Source of the DNA: Spirochaetia bacterium
GTDB lineage: Bacteria; Spirochaetota; Spirochaetia; SZUA-6; Bin103
Direction: 5' to 3'
Length of the DNA: 64,000 bases
Assembly: GCA_965203515.1 (NCBI GenBank)
Contig: OZ241907.1
Coordinates: forward strand, 1,408,001-1,472,000
In this document: in pieces, positions 19,101 through 28,480 of the stretch
How positions within the stretch are numbered: the first letter of the stretch is position 1
Layout: every line of letters begins with the position of its first letter
Notes under the pieces: model-generated
What the model was told of the DNA's origin: nothing
Database searches by the model: none
What the model saw: the letters and a program-made list of their open reading frames with translations, nothing else
Program-made: the position numbers and the translations under genes

Positions 19101-19705
19101 TCGGCGCCGGCGGCGGCGGCGATGCGGAAGCGGAGGCCGAAGAGGGTGCGCAACTCGCGCTCCCAGTTGCCGATCAGGCCGGCCGGCGGGACGATGAGCA
19201 CGCGCCGGATGCGGCCCCGCGACAGCATCTCGCGGACGTAGAGCCCGGTCATGATCGTCTTGCCGGCGCCGGCGTCGTCGGCCAGCAGGAAGCGCAGCGG
19301 CTCCTGCCGCAGCATCCGTTCGTAGACGGCGACGCGCTGGTGCGGCAGCGGATCGATCCGCGCCGTCTCGCTGGCGAAGGCCGGGTTGAACTGATGGCCG
19401 TAGGCCAGCCGCCACGCCTCCGCCACCGCGGCGACCGCGTCGGGGTCGCCGGCGAAGTCGAGCTCGGGCGGGGCGGCCGGCGGCGGCGCGGCGGGGCCGG
19501 CGTGCGGGCCGGCGGTCTGCCGGGCCAGCGTCTCCGCCAGCTCCCGCAGCCGCTCGCGGGCGATCCGTTGCGGGCGCGACTTGCCGGCCTCCCAGCGGTG
19601 TACCGTGAGCAGGGTCACCCCCAACCGCTCGGCGAATTGCCCCTGCGTCAGGCCCAGGCCGGCCCGGATGCGCCGCACGTCCGGCTCGACGTCCGTGGTC
19701 ACCAT
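16175..19705 (-). CDS. XRE-HTH / SNF2-family helicase / DUF3883 (NOV_C) nuclease fusion
   Basis: N-terminal IRAGLGLTQGQFAERLGVTLLTVHRWEAG; PLPHQ, LADDAGAGKT, DEAH, LTATPH, EGINLQ, WNPARLEQRMGRIHRYGQ; C-terminal GFDLLS...IEVKGR...NEW. Start moved to ATG 19705 because a promoter covers ATG 19729. Confidence 0.92.
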   Translation of the reverse strand: MVTTDVEPDVRRIRAGLGLTQGQFAERLGVTLLTVHRWEAGKSRPQRIARERLRELAETLARQTAGPHAGPAAPPPAAPPELDFAGDPDAVAAVAEAWRLAYGHQFNPAFASETARIDPLPHQRVAVYERMLRQEPLRFLLADDAGAGKTIMTGLYVREMLSRGRIRRVLIVPPAGLIGNWERELRTLFGLRFRIAAAAGAENPFRGPDGDRAIVSLDTLTGERAFTALREPAVAPYDLVVFDEAHKLSATAEGGRIRKRRRYELAEALAGCTAADGRFAGLGWAARHLLLLTATPHMGKDSPYHHLWRLLDPQVFATGEAFRRFPPERRHRHFIRRTKEELVGLDGGPLYRKRTCDTFSYDLSGGPDGEQALYDRTTAYLTDTYGRALSNRPAVRLAMSVFQRRLASSTWALLRSLERRIEKLARTIDDLQSGRLRAADLQRRQRGLDREFRADFFDTHGADDDAGGDGLGERGEAYEDAVLGAMTAVTVEEVRREIGRLEELSARARRLVEAGDESKFEKLREMLEDRRYADEKWLIFSEHRDTVDYLTRRLEGLGFSGRIAQLHGGMSWPEREEQVERFRRPAGARYLIATDAAGEGINLQFCRLMVNYDIPWNPARLEQRMGRIHRYGQRHDVRIVNLIAGKTREGRVLAVLLDKLDAIRRDLDSDKVFDVIGRLFENASLREYLIAALADADGVVDRIEGAVTADRVRDIGDRERTVYGVAQEGAERLGAVRADVERERYLHLLPGYVRRLVEKAGRLLDLDVHGDLDAFFALAPRRPGALDRLLPALETYPAAARQRLCVRRPAADADGIWLHPGEPVFDALAGRIVAAHGRDAQRGAIFADPRADAPYLFHLLEASVEQAAHGDRDGRRVLERRLVGVRCGADGAPVECDVEQLLLLRGAPEVSPGAVALAGRGVALRAEAAQYAERTVLERLVAEHRDAARAELPERRRRTRVGFSLRAAELAERRVRLSERGGRAAAEDSLVEVKREQRMIAAEQEQSLARLDGAAERIVPGGVRFLVHALAVPAADPDEVERYDERVEEIAVGIAAAWERERGGRVSDVSKPERARAAGLPDWPGFDLLSRHPGEVRNIEVKGRAGQGAIAMEANEWKQACHLGGSYWLYVVFDCATPRPRLVRVRDPFAKLLARTRESAVYTISAASVLGAAEPQ

Positions 19706-19719
19706 TTGAGATGCCGGGC

Positions 19720-19771
19720 AGTTTGGCATGAATGGGACCGGCCGTCAATCGATTTATCACTTGATAAATCG
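19720..19771 (-). promoter_or_regulatory. sigma70-type promoter of the helicase operon with an adjacent perfect palindrome
   Basis: Minus strand: -35 TTGACG (19748-19743), 17 bp spacer, TG-n-CAAACT (19725-19720). Palindrome CGATTTATCA-CT-TGATAAATCG at 19750-19771. Confidence 0.7.
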
Positions 19772-19790
19772 GCAGGCCGGAGAGCCAGCC

Positions 19791-20402
19791 CTACGCTTCG
19801 ATCAGTGCCAGCGATTCGGTGATTGAAGGGGTGCGTTCCGGGTCGAGCCATTCGCGCATGACGAAGAACCCCGGCACCGCGCGCGAATCGATCTTCGCCG
19901 CTCCCGCGGCGTACTCGACCAGCAGCTCGCCGTCGCGGCGGTAGAAGCGATGGGCGAGCGTCTCCGGGTCCAGAATCCAGTATTCGAGCACGCCGTGCCG
20001 CTCGTACGCGGCGAACTTCGGGCCGACGTCGCGATCGGCGGTTCGCGGGCTCAGCGCTTCGACCACCAGATCGGGCGCTCCCTCGACGTGGTTGTCGCGG
20101 ATCAGGGCCGAGCGCGCCGCTCGATAGAACGCCAAGTCAGGCTGAAAGGCATTTCTGGCGCTCAGCCGCACGGCCACCTCTTCCCGGAACAACTCGCCAA
20201 GCCGATGCCGGTCCACGTAGGCGCCGAGCAGGCGGTCGACGAAATTGAGCAGTCGGGCATGGCGAATCGACACCGGGGAATGCATGCATAGCTCTCCGTC
20301 GATCAAGTCGGCGCCGCGGCCTGGCTCCAGCCACTCCATGAAGTCCTCGGCGGTGAGCAGCTCGCGTTCCGAATCGACGGCAGCGGAAACCCGGGTCGGC
20401 AT
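19791..20402 (-). CDS. Uma2 family endonuclease
   Basis: LTAEDF, DLIDGE, QPDLAF, GAPDLVVEALSP.T...D...K...Y...GVLEYWILDP. Confidence 0.9.
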   Translation of the reverse strand: MPTRVSAAVDSERELLTAEDFMEWLEPGRGADLIDGELCMHSPVSIRHARLLNFVDRLLGAYVDRHRLGELFREEVAVRLSARNAFQPDLAFYRAARSALIRDNHVEGAPDLVVEALSPRTADRDVGPKFAAYERHGVLEYWILDPETLAHRFYRRDGELLVEYAAGAAKIDSRAVPGFFVMREWLDPERTPSITESLALIEA

Positions 20403-20435
20403 GGCGGGCACAGTATATTCTCTATATCACCGGCG

Positions 20436-21044
20436 TCAGGCTTCGATGCGGGTGAACGCTTCCAGGATCGGCGGCGTTCGCCTTGGGTCGAGCCATTCGC
20501 GCATGACGAAGAATCCGGGCACCGCGCGCGAATCGATCTTCGCCGCTCCCGCGGCGTACTCGACCAGCAGCTCGCCGGCGCGGCGGTAGAAGCGGTGGGC
20601 GAGCGCCTGCGGGTCGAGAATCCAGTATTCGATCACGCCGTGCCGCTCATACGCGGCGAACTTCGGGCCGGTGTCACGGTCGGCGGTGCGCGGGCTCAGC
20701 ACCTCCACCACCAGATCGGGCGCACCCTCGACGTGGTTGTCGCGGATCAGGCCCGAGCGCGCCGCTCGATAGAACGCCAAGTCGGGCTGAAAGGTATCCC
20801 TGGCGCTCAGGCGCACGGCGACCACTTCCCGGTACAGGAACCCGAGCCGGCGGCGATCTACGTACAGCCGCAGAATGCCGTCCAGGAAGTTCAGCAGGTC
20901 GGCATGCCGAACCGAAACCGGCGAATGCATGGCTATCTCTCCGGCGATCAGATCGGCGCAACGGCCCGGCTCCAGCCACTCGAGAAAGTCCTCGGCGGTG
21001 AGCAGCTCATGTTCAACGGCGGCGGCGGACACGGGCGTCGGCAC
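20436..21044 (-). CDS. Uma2 family endonuclease (tandem paralog of 19791-20402)
   Basis: Same motifs, with a nearly identical 3' half. GTG start at 21044 lies 7 nt after a TGCTATGCT box. Confidence 0.9.
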   Translation of the reverse strand: MPTPVSAAAVEHELLTAEDFLEWLEPGRCADLIAGEIAMHSPVSVRHADLLNFLDGILRLYVDRRRLGFLYREVVAVRLSARDTFQPDLAFYRAARSGLIRDNHVEGAPDLVVEVLSPRTADRDTGPKFAAYERHGVIEYWILDPQALAHRFYRRAGELLVEYAAGAAKIDSRAVPGFFVMREWLDPRRTPPILEAFTRIEA

Positions 21045-21133
21045 GGCGGTAAGCATAGCACACGAATGCGGATGCGGTCTGGCGCGCCGCCGCGCGGCGT
21101 GCTATGCTGGCCGGCGTCCGGAGGTATGGTCGA

Positions 21134-21943
21134 ATGGCAACTTCACTCAGCGCTCCGCTGGCGGCGCCGGCAGCGGTAGAGTACCCCAGCTCCGACGGCA
21201 AGCCGATCGCCGAAAGCGATTCCCAACGGATTCCCCTGACGTACGCCGTCGACCGGCTCCGCTACCACTTCCGCAACCACGCCGACGTGTACGCCTCCGG
21301 CAACCTGCTGATCTACTACGAGGAAGGGAATCCGCGCGCGAGGGTGGCGCCGGACGTCTTCGTGGTGTTCGGCGTCCGTAACGTCGAACGCTCGTCGTAC
21401 CGGCTCTGGGAGGAGGGGCAGGGACCCGACTTCGTGCTGGAGATCACGTCGCGGGCGACGTGGCGGGAAGATCAGAGGAAGAAGCGGGAGTTGTATCGGC
21501 GGCTGGGGGTGCGGGAGTACTGGCAGTACGATCCGACGCGGGACTACCTGGAGCCGCCGCTGCAGGGGTCGGAGTTGGTGGAAGGAGCGTACGAGCGGCT
21601 GCCGGAGCGGGAGTTGTCGGACGGGACCCTGGCGCTGCGGAGCGAGGTGCTGGGACTGGAGTTGCGTCTGGCCGGCCGGCGGCTGCGGTTCCACGATCCG
21701 CAGAGCGGAGAGGACCTGCCGGACTTGGCGGAGACCGGAGACAGACTCATAGAAGCGGAAGACCAACGCCGGGAGGCGGAGGCCCGCGTCGAGCAGGAGG
21801 CGGCCGCCCGCCGAGCCGCAGAAACCCGCGTCCAACAGGAAGCGGCTGCCCGCCGCCAGGAGGCGGCCGCACGCCAGGCGGCCGAAGCGCGTTTGGCCGA
21901 ACTCCAGGCATCGCTACGCCGCCGGTCCGACGTCGAGCGCTGA
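21134..21943 (+). CDS. Uma2 family endonuclease (inverted near-identical copy of 7829-8662)
   Basis: The first ~210 aa differ from the 7829-8662 product at only a few positions; the coiled-coil tail has a different repeat arrangement. Confidence 0.9.
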   Translation: MATSLSAPLAAPAAVEYPSSDGKPIAESDSQRIPLTYAVDRLRYHFRNHADVYASGNLLIYYEEGNPRARVAPDVFVVFGVRNVERSSYRLWEEGQGPDFVLEITSRATWREDQRKKRELYRRLGVREYWQYDPTRDYLEPPLQGSELVEGAYERLPERELSDGTLALRSEVLGLELRLAGRRLRFHDPQSGEDLPDLAETGDRLIEAEDQRREAEARVEQEAAARRAAETRVQQEAAARRQEAAARQAAEARLAELQASLRRRSDVER

Positions 21944-21991
21944 GCCTGGCGGCTCAGCGCAGCAATCGGCGGCCAAGCGCGCCGGTTCCGC

Positions 21992-24900
21992 TCAGGACAA
22001 GGCGTTCAACTTCTCGCTGATGAACTCGGACTTCTCGCGCAGGTCGATGCCGCCGGTCTGCAGGAGCAGGCAGTTGGGACGCTCCTTGTCGAGCATGACG
22101 GCGCCGCCGCTCTCGCCGATCAGGCGCACCACCCGCTCGGCCGAGACGCGGCCGATACGGGCAAACTCCACCGTCACCACGCCGCCCCGCTCCTTGAGCG
22201 ACGAGATCGCCAGCCGGCGGCACGCCACCCGTATCTCCGCGATCGCCAGCAGGCTCAGCACCGTGTCCGGCGCCGGACCGAAGCGGTCCTCGATCTCCGC
22301 GTGCAGCCGCGCCAGCTCGTCCTGGCCGCCGACCGCCGCCACCTTCTTGTAGATATCCATCTTGTCCATCGGCTCGCTGACGTAATCGTCGGGGATGAAT
22401 CCCGCGTACTCCAGCTCCAGATAGACGTCCGGCGCCTCGACCTCGCCTTCGCCGCGCACCGCCGCGATCGCGTCGTCCAGCAGACGCACGTACATGTCGT
22501 AGCCGACCGCCAGGATCTCGCCCGACTGCTCGGCGCCCAGCAGGTTGCCGGCGCCGCGCACCTCCATGTCCTTCAACGCCACCTTGAAGCCCGACCCCAG
22601 GTCGGTGAAGTCGGAGATCACCTTGAGCCGCTTCATCGCCAATTCCGACAGCGCGCGGTCGCGCGGATAGAACAGATAGGCATACGCCGGCCGGTCGGAC
22701 CGCCCCACCCGCCCGCGCAACTGATAGAGCTGGGCGATGCCGAACATGTCGGCGCGGTCGATGACGATGGTGTTGACGTTCGGGATATCGAGCCCGTTCT
22801 CGATGATCGAGGTCGACACCAGCACGTCGAATTCGTGGCCGATGAAACGGCGCATCACCCGCTCCAGCCCGTCCTCGTCCATCTGCCCGTGCGCGTGCGC
22901 GAACGATACGCCCGGCAGCAGCCGCTGCAGATAGGTGAGCACCTCCCGGATCGTCCGCACGCGGTTGTGCAGATAGAAGACCTGCCCGCCGCGGGCGACC
23001 TCCTTGCGGATCGCCTCGGCGGCGAGCTGCTCGTCGAACTCCTCGATATAGGTCTCCACCGGCAGCCGGTTCTGCGGCGCGGTGTTGATGATCGACATGT
23101 CGCGGATCTTCGCCAGCGACATGTGCAGCGTGCGCGGGATCGGCGTCGCCGTGAGCGTCAGGCAGTCCACGGAGGTCTTCAGCTCCTTGAGCCGCTCCTT
23201 GTGCTTGACGCCGAACCGCTGCTCCTCGTCGACCACCAGCAGCCCCAGGTTCTTGAAGCTGACGTCGCGCTGCACCAGCCGGTGCGTGCCGACCACGATG
23301 TCGACCTGCCCCGCCTTGAGCCCTTCGATCACCCGCGTCTGGTCGCGCTTGCTGCGGAAGCGCGACAGCATCTCCACCCGCACCGGAAACGGCGCGAAGC
23401 GCGCCGTGAAGGTGTCGTAGTGCTGCTCGGCCAGGATCGTGGTAGGCGCCAGCAACGCCACCTGCCTGCCGCCCATGACCGCCTTGAACGCCGCGCGCAG
23501 CGCCACCTCCGTCTTGCCGAAGCCGACGTCGCCGCACACCAGCCGGTCCATGGGCGCGGTGTCCTCCATGTCCGCCTTGACCTCTTCGATGCAGCGCACC
23601 TGATCCTCGGTCTCCTGGTACTCGAAGGCGGCGTCGAAGCGGTCGTGCCAGTCGGAATCGGCCGGAAAGGCGAATCCCTGTTGCGACCGCCGGCGCGAAT
23701 AGAGGCGCACCAGCCGTTCCGCCATCTCCTCGACCGACTTGCGCACCCGTTGCTTGCGGTTCTCCCAGGCGCGCCCGCCGATCCGGTCCAGCTTGGGCTT
23801 GAAGCCGTCGCGGCCGACGTAGCGCTGCACCAGGTTGACCTGCTCGATCGGCACGTAGATACGCTCCTCGCCCGCGTACTCGACCTCCATGTAGTCGCGC
23901 TCGTTGCCGGCCGCGGTCATCCGCGAGATGCCGTGATAGAGGCCGATCCCGTAGTTGACGTGCACGACGTGATCGCCCGGATTGAGGTCCACGAACGAGT
24001 CGATCGCGGCGCTCTGCGTGCTGCGCGCCACGGTCTGCGGCAGACGCCGCTTGCGCCCGAAGATCTCGTTTTCCTGGATGAAGATCACCCGGCAGTCGGG
24101 CAGCGCGAAGCCGGCCGAGATGCTGTGCGGCAGGATCGTGATCCCGCCGCCGCCGTCCCCTCCGCCGGCGCCGGAATCGCCGCCGCCCAGGTCGACCATC
24201 CCGCGGATGCGCGCCGCCTGGAAGTCGTAGACCGCGAAGATGAAGACCCGGTAGCCGGACTCCACCAGCGCGGCGAGCTGCTCGCGGAAGTACGGGATGT
24301 TGCCGAAGAACGAGCGCGGCGGATCGCAGGGCAGACTCAGGCGAGGTTCGGGATCGGGTCCCTCCTGCGCCTGCCGGCCGCTCAGCCGGCCGCGCTCGGC
24401 CGGATCGCCGCGCTGCAGGGACGCGACCGTAATGCGCCGCGCGTGCCGCTCGGCGACGCGGGCGTAGTCGAGCAGGACCGACTTGGGGCGCGGGCCGAAG
24501 TCGCCGTCCCGCTGCGCGCGGCCGTACAGCTCGTGCACCTCCCGCCGCAGCGCCCGGAAGCCGGCGCGCAGCCGGTCGCCGTCGGCCAGCACCAGGGTGC
24601 CGCCGTCGCCGAGCAGCTCCACCACCGAGTGCCGGTCCGGGAAGCACAGCGGGTAGTACTGCTCCACGCCGGTGTGCTGCGGGTCGCGGCGCAACGCGTC
24701 CAGCAGCTCCTGGCAGAACGGCTCGGGGAGCTGCTCGCCGGCGAGCGACTCGCGCAGGCGGTCGAGCCGCTCCCCGTCGAGCGTCACCTCGCGCGCCGGG
24801 GCGATCTCCACCCGTTCGGCGTGGCCGACGGAGCCCTGCGTCAGCGGATCGAAGCGCCGTATCTCCGTCACCCGATCGAAGTCGAGCACCACGCGCACGG

Positions 24901-25492
24901 CGGCATCGAGGGCGTAGGGAAAGACGTCGATCACCTCGCCCTTGACCGAGAACTCGCCGTGCACGGTCACGCGCGGCACGCGCAGGTAGCCCAGCGCGGC
25001 GAGCCGCTCCGCCGCCTCCACCGGATCGACGTCCTGACCGGTGCCGAAGCCGATCGTGTGGGCCAGCAGGTGCGCGCGCTCCGGCACCGGCGTCAGCAAC
25101 GCGCGCAGCGGCGCGACCGCCAGGCACCGCTCGCCGCTGGCCAGACGGAGCAGCGCGTCGGCGCGCCGGCCGAATACCGCCGGCAGCGGCGCCTGCCGCG
25201 CGTACGGCAGCGTTCCCCACCAGGGCAGCTCGATCACCGGCCGGCCGGTGAACAGGCGCAGATCGTCCGCCGTCAGGTCCGCCTCCTGCTCCGTGGGCGT
25301 GACCACCAGGATCGAGCCGCCGTCCTCCTTGCCGAGCAGCGCCGCCACCAGGGAGAGAAAGGAGCCTTGCGGCCCCTGAACCGTCACCGGCAGGTCGCCG
25401 CCGGCGTGCGCGCGCAGCAGCTCCCGCACCGGCTCCAGCCGCGCCGCGCACGAGGTGACCTCCGCCAGCGCCGCCCGCAGTCGATCGCTCAT
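21992..25492 (-). CDS. mfd: Transcription-repair coupling factor
   Basis: [79 protein letters not shown] domain. Confidence 0.97.
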   Translation of the reverse strand: MSDRLRAALAEVTSCAARLEPVRELLRAHAGGDLPVTVQGPQGSFLSLVAALLGKEDGGSILVVTPTEQEADLTADDLRLFTGRPVIELPWWGTLPYARQAPLPAVFGRRADALLRLASGERCLAVAPLRALLTPVPERAHLLAHTIGFGTGQDVDPVEAAERLAALGYLRVPRVTVHGEFSVKGEVIDVFPYALDAAVRVVLDFDRVTEIRRFDPLTQGSVGHAERVEIAPAREVTLDGERLDRLRESLAGEQLPEPFCQELLDALRRDPQHTGVEQYYPLCFPDRHSVVELLGDGGTLVLADGDRLRAGFRALRREVHELYGRAQRDGDFGPRPKSVLLDYARVAERHARRITVASLQRGDPAERGRLSGRQAQEGPDPEPRLSLPCDPPRSFFGNIPYFREQLAALVESGYRVFIFAVYDFQAARIRGMVDLGGGDSGAGGGDGGGGITILPHSISAGFALPDCRVIFIQENEIFGRKRRLPQTVARSTQSAAIDSFVDLNPGDHVVHVNYGIGLYHGISRMTAAGNERDYMEVEYAGEERIYVPIEQVNLVQRYVGRDGFKPKLDRIGGRAWENRKQRVRKSVEEMAERLVRLYSRRRSQQGFAFPADSDWHDRFDAAFEYQETEDQVRCIEEVKADMEDTAPMDRLVCGDVGFGKTEVALRAAFKAVMGGRQVALLAPTTILAEQHYDTFTARFAPFPVRVEMLSRFRSKRDQTRVIEGLKAGQVDIVVGTHRLVQRDVSFKNLGLLVVDEEQRFGVKHKERLKELKTSVDCLTLTATPIPRTLHMSLAKIRDMSIINTAPQNRLPVETYIEEFDEQLAAEAIRKEVARGGQVFYLHNRVRTIREVLTYLQRLLPGVSFAHAHGQMDEDGLERVMRRFIGHEFDVLVSTSIIENGLDIPNVNTIVIDRADMFGIAQLYQLRGRVGRSDRPAYAYLFYPRDRALSELAMKRLKVISDFTDLGSGFKVALKDMEVRGAGNLLGAEQSGEILAVGYDMYVRLLDDAIAAVRGEGEVEAPDVYLELEYAGFIPDDYVSEPMDKMDIYKKVAAVGGQDELARLHAEIEDRFGPAPDTVLSLLAIAEIRVACRRLAISSLKERGGVVTVEFARIGRVSAERVVRLIGESGGAVMLDKERPNCLLLQTGGIDLREKSEFISEKLNALS

Positions 25493-25586
25493 GACGGCGC
25501 AATGTGGGCCGGAGGCGGCGGCCGGGTCCAGAACCGGCGCATTTGACCGTGCGCCCGGTCTCTGGTACGTTCCCGCGCGGTTCCCG

Positions 25587-26741
25587 ATGACCGCCCGCGA
25601 ATACACCTTCACGTCCGAAAGCGTCGGCATAGGCCATCCCGACAAGCTCTGCGACCAGATATCCGACGCGGTCCTGGACGCCGCGCTGCGCGACGACCCG
25701 GACGCCCGCGTGGCGTGTGAGGTCTTCACCACCACCGGGCTGGTGCTGGTCGGCGGCGAGGTCACCACCCGCGCCAGCCTCGACGCGCCGGCCCTCGTGC
25801 GCGGCGTGCTCCGCGACGCCGGCTACGTCGATCCCGACTACGGCATCGACGCCGACACCTGTGAGGTGCTCGACAAACTCCACGAGCAGTCGCCGGACAT
25901 CGCCCGGGGCGTGGACGCGCATGCCGGCAAAGAGCAGGGAGCGGGCGATCAGGGGCTCATGTTCGGGTATGCCTGCCGGGAGACCGGCCATCTGATGCCC
26001 GCGCCGATCGACTACGCGCACCGCATCATGCGCCGCGCCGCCGAGGCGAGGGAGGCGGGCGACCTTCCCTTCCTGCGCCCGGACGGCAAGTGCCAGGTCT
26101 CGGTCCGGTACCGCGGCGGCGCCCCGGTCGCCATCCCCACCGTGGTCCTGTCCCATCAGCACGATCCGTGCGTCGACGACGGCGACCTGCGCGAAGCCCT
26201 GATCGAGCAGGTGATCCGGAAGGCGCTTCCGGTCGAGCTCCTGAACGGTCAGGTGCGCTACCTGATCAACCCGACCGGCCGCTTCGTGGACGGCGGCCCG
26301 CAAGCCGATTCCGGGCTGACCGGCCGCAAGATCATCGTCGACACCTACGGCGGCATGGCGCGCCACGGCGGCGGCGCCTTCTCCGGCAAGGATCCGAGCA
26401 AGGTCGACCGATCGGCCGCCTACATGGCGCGCTACGTCGCCAAGAACGTGGTCGCGGCCGGACTCTGCAGCCGGTGCGAGGTGCAGTTGGCGTATGCGAT
26501 CGGCAAAGCCGAGCCGGTGTCGCTGCTGGTGGAGGGCTTCGGCACGGCCGAGGTGCCGGAGCACCGCATCGAGGCGGCGGTGCGCGGCGCCTTCGACCTG
26601 ACGCCGGCCGGCATCATCCGCCGCTTCGACCTGCGCCGGCCGATCTACCGGGAGACCGCCGTATACGGCCACTTCGGCCGGGACCGCTTCCCCTGGGAAC
26701 GGACCGACGCCGCCGAACGGCTGGCCGCCGCGGCGGGCTGA
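25587..26741 (+). CDS. metK: S-adenosylmethionine synthetase
   Basis: [46 protein letters not shown]. Confidence 0.98.
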   Translation: MTAREYTFTSESVGIGHPDKLCDQISDAVLDAALRDDPDARVACEVFTTTGLVLVGGEVTTRASLDAPALVRGVLRDAGYVDPDYGIDADTCEVLDKLHEQSPDIARGVDAHAGKEQGAGDQGLMFGYACRETGHLMPAPIDYAHRIMRRAAEAREAGDLPFLRPDGKCQVSVRYRGGAPVAIPTVVLSHQHDPCVDDGDLREALIEQVIRKALPVELLNGQVRYLINPTGRFVDGGPQADSGLTGRKIIVDTYGGMARHGGGAFSGKDPSKVDRSAAYMARYVAKNVVAAGLCSRCEVQLAYAIGKAEPVSLLVEGFGTAEVPEHRIEAAVRGAFDLTPAGIIRRFDLRRPIYRETAVYGHFGRDRFPWERTDAAERLAAAAG

Positions 26742-26765
26742 GCCGCTGCCCACCCCCGCGCGGGC

Positions 26766-27128
26766 GTGGTGAAACCGCTCGACTACGTCACCGTCGTCTT
26801 CGCCGCCGGGCTGGTGGCCGCCATCTCGGCGGCGGTCTACGGCGATGCGGCCGAGCGCACTACGGTGCGCATCACCGCTCCGTCGGCCGAGTATCTGTTC
26901 GCCTCCACCGCCGAGGAGCAGATCACGGTGCGCGGCCCGATCGGCGAGACCGTGATCGAGATCGGCGACGGCGGCGCGCGCGTGCTCTCCTCGCCGGGCG
27001 TCCGCCAGATCTGCGTCCGCGCCGGCCACGTCTCGCGCCCCGGCGCATGGCTCGCCTGCCTGCCGAACCGGGTCTTCGTGTCGATCGAGTCCGCGGGCGA
27101 CGCCGCCATCGATGCGCGCAGCTACTGA
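26766..27128 (+). CDS. NusG domain II-containing protein
   Basis: N-terminal TM segment; GPIGETVIEI, QICVRAG, LACLPNRV. Confidence 0.85.
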   Translation: MVKPLDYVTVVFAAGLVAAISAAVYGDAAERTTVRITAPSAEYLFASTAEEQITVRGPIGETVIEIGDGGARVLSSPGVRQICVRAGHVSRPGAWLACLPNRVFVSIESAGDAAIDARSY

Positions 27129-27774
27129 GCGGCCGGGCGGCCGGACCGACCACGATACGGTCGCGCTGCTGGCGGCCGCGTCCCTGTTCCTGGCGTCGAT
27201 CGAGTTTGCGATCCCCAAGCCGGTGCCGTTCATGCGGCTCGGCTTGGCCAATCTGCCGGTGCTGATCGCCATCGCGCGGCTCGACACCCGCTCGGTGGCG
27301 CTGGTGGTGGCGCTGAAGATCGTCGGCCAGGGCTTCGTGCAGGGGACGCTCTTCTCCTACGTGGTGCTGTTTTCCGCCGCCGGCTCGCTCGCCAGCGCCG
27401 CGGTCATGCTGCTCGCCTGGCGGGCGCTGGCCGGCCCGCTGTCGCTGATCGGGGTCAGCGTGCTGGGCGGACTGGCCAGCAACGCCGCGCAGGTGGCCGC
27501 CGCCCGCTACGTGGCGTTCGGGCCGAGCGCGTGGCTGATCGCGCCGGTGTTCTTCGGCGTCGGCGCCGTCTCCTCGGCGCTGCTGGGCGCGTTCGCCGAG
27601 CGCTTTCTGCGCGCCTCCCGATGGGCGGCCGAGCTGGAGGCATCCCGGGGCCGGGAATCGGCCGGCTCCCCGCCGCTCAGCAGCACGGCCGCTCCCACAC
27701 CCGGCGGGCGTCCTCCAACCGAGGCTCCTGCCCGTCCACGAACAGCCACACGCGGCGCAGCCAGGGGGCGTTGA
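27112..27774 (+). CDS. Gx transporter family / heptaprenyl diphosphate synthase component I-like membrane protein
   Basis: IEFAIPKPVPFMRLGLANL, SAAGS, GVSVLGG..SN..Q; usual partner of NusG-II. Confidence 0.85.
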   Translation: MRAATERPGGRTDHDTVALLAAASLFLASIEFAIPKPVPFMRLGLANLPVLIAIARLDTRSVALVVALKIVGQGFVQGTLFSYVVLFSAAGSLASAAVMLLAWRALAGPLSLIGVSVLGGLASNAAQVAAARYVAFGPSAWLIAPVFFGVGAVSSALLGAFAERFLRASRWAAELEASRGRESAGSPPLSSTAAPTPGGRPPTEAPARPRTATRGAARGR

Positions 27775-28309
27775 ACAGCAGCGTCGACGCCAGCGCGCGC
27801 AGACGTTCGGCCCCCTGCAGGCCGCTGCCGGAATCGTCGATCAGCGCCGCGGCGCTCAGATCGAGATACAGCGTGTCGCCGGCGACCATGAGACTCCGCA
27901 CCTCGGTGGAACGGGGCAGCGCCGGCCGATGATCGCGGGCGCGCGGACCCAAGATCGACTCTTCGACCAGCAGCCGGAGCCGTTCAGGACGGCCGGCCCG
28001 CCGCGGCAGGTATCGCGTCTCTCCCGCCAAGCCCCCGCCGGCGCTGCCGAAGAAGAGCACGCGAGCCGCCGGGGGATCGTTGGCCAGCAACGCCAGAGCG
28101 GATCCGGTCACGCTCAGGATCAACGCGACCGCCGCCAGCCACCGATGCAGCCGGAAGCCCCCGCGCCATGCCGGCCGTTCGGCAGATGAGGTATCCGGCG
28201 GGAAAGGCGGTGGCGGAGCAGGCGGCGGTTCGGCCGGCTCCGGTCGCTCGTCGTCCGCCTCGACCGCCGCCTCGTCGCCTGAGCCCGTTTCCGATCCGTC
28301 CGTTGACAC
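27677..28309 (-). CDS. GerMN domain-containing membrane protein
   Basis: TM helix followed by LFF...ETRYLP, LVEESILGP, LYLDLS, TLLFN.P..RRVWLFVDG. Start is uncertain (GTG near 28309). Confidence 0.7.
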   Translation of the reverse strand: MSTDGSETGSGDEAAVEADDERPEPAEPPPAPPPPFPPDTSSAERPAWRGGFRLHRWLAAVALILSVTGSALALLANDPPAARVLFFGSAGGGLAGETRYLPRRAGRPERLRLLVEESILGPRARDHRPALPRSTEVRSLMVAGDTLYLDLSAAALIDDSGSGLQGAERLRALASTLLFNAPWLRRVWLFVDGQEPRLEDARRVWERPCC

Positions 28310-28339
28310 GGCAGATGGCGGCGTTTTGCGCGTCGTGGC

Positions 28340-28480
28340 GACCATCTCGAGCGCCACGCCACTGGTGTAGGCCGCGGGTTCCCGGGGCGGCGTGTCCGAG
28401 ACCGGCCTGTTCCCTTCCCACGGATAGCTTCCCGTGGCGCACTCGTACAGCGTTACACCGAGAGCGAACAGATCTCTCAC
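28340..28480 (-). pseudogene. Fragment of a Ser/Thr protein kinase (subdomain IX), in frame with GerMN
   Basis: RDLFALGVTLYECATGSYPW matches the kinase alphaF motif D.(F/Y)ALG..LYE..TG..P(F/W); no other kinase motifs are present. Confidence 0.6.

Noticed and set aside
21954..27287. 1777-aa minus-strand ORF and other very long overlapping ORFs (e.g. 3773-6610, 22301-25546, 36790-39897, 41231-43903, 50189-52972)
   Set aside because: These are shadow or alternate-frame ORFs typical of high-GC DNA. They overlap well-supported genes and have no recognisable motifs.
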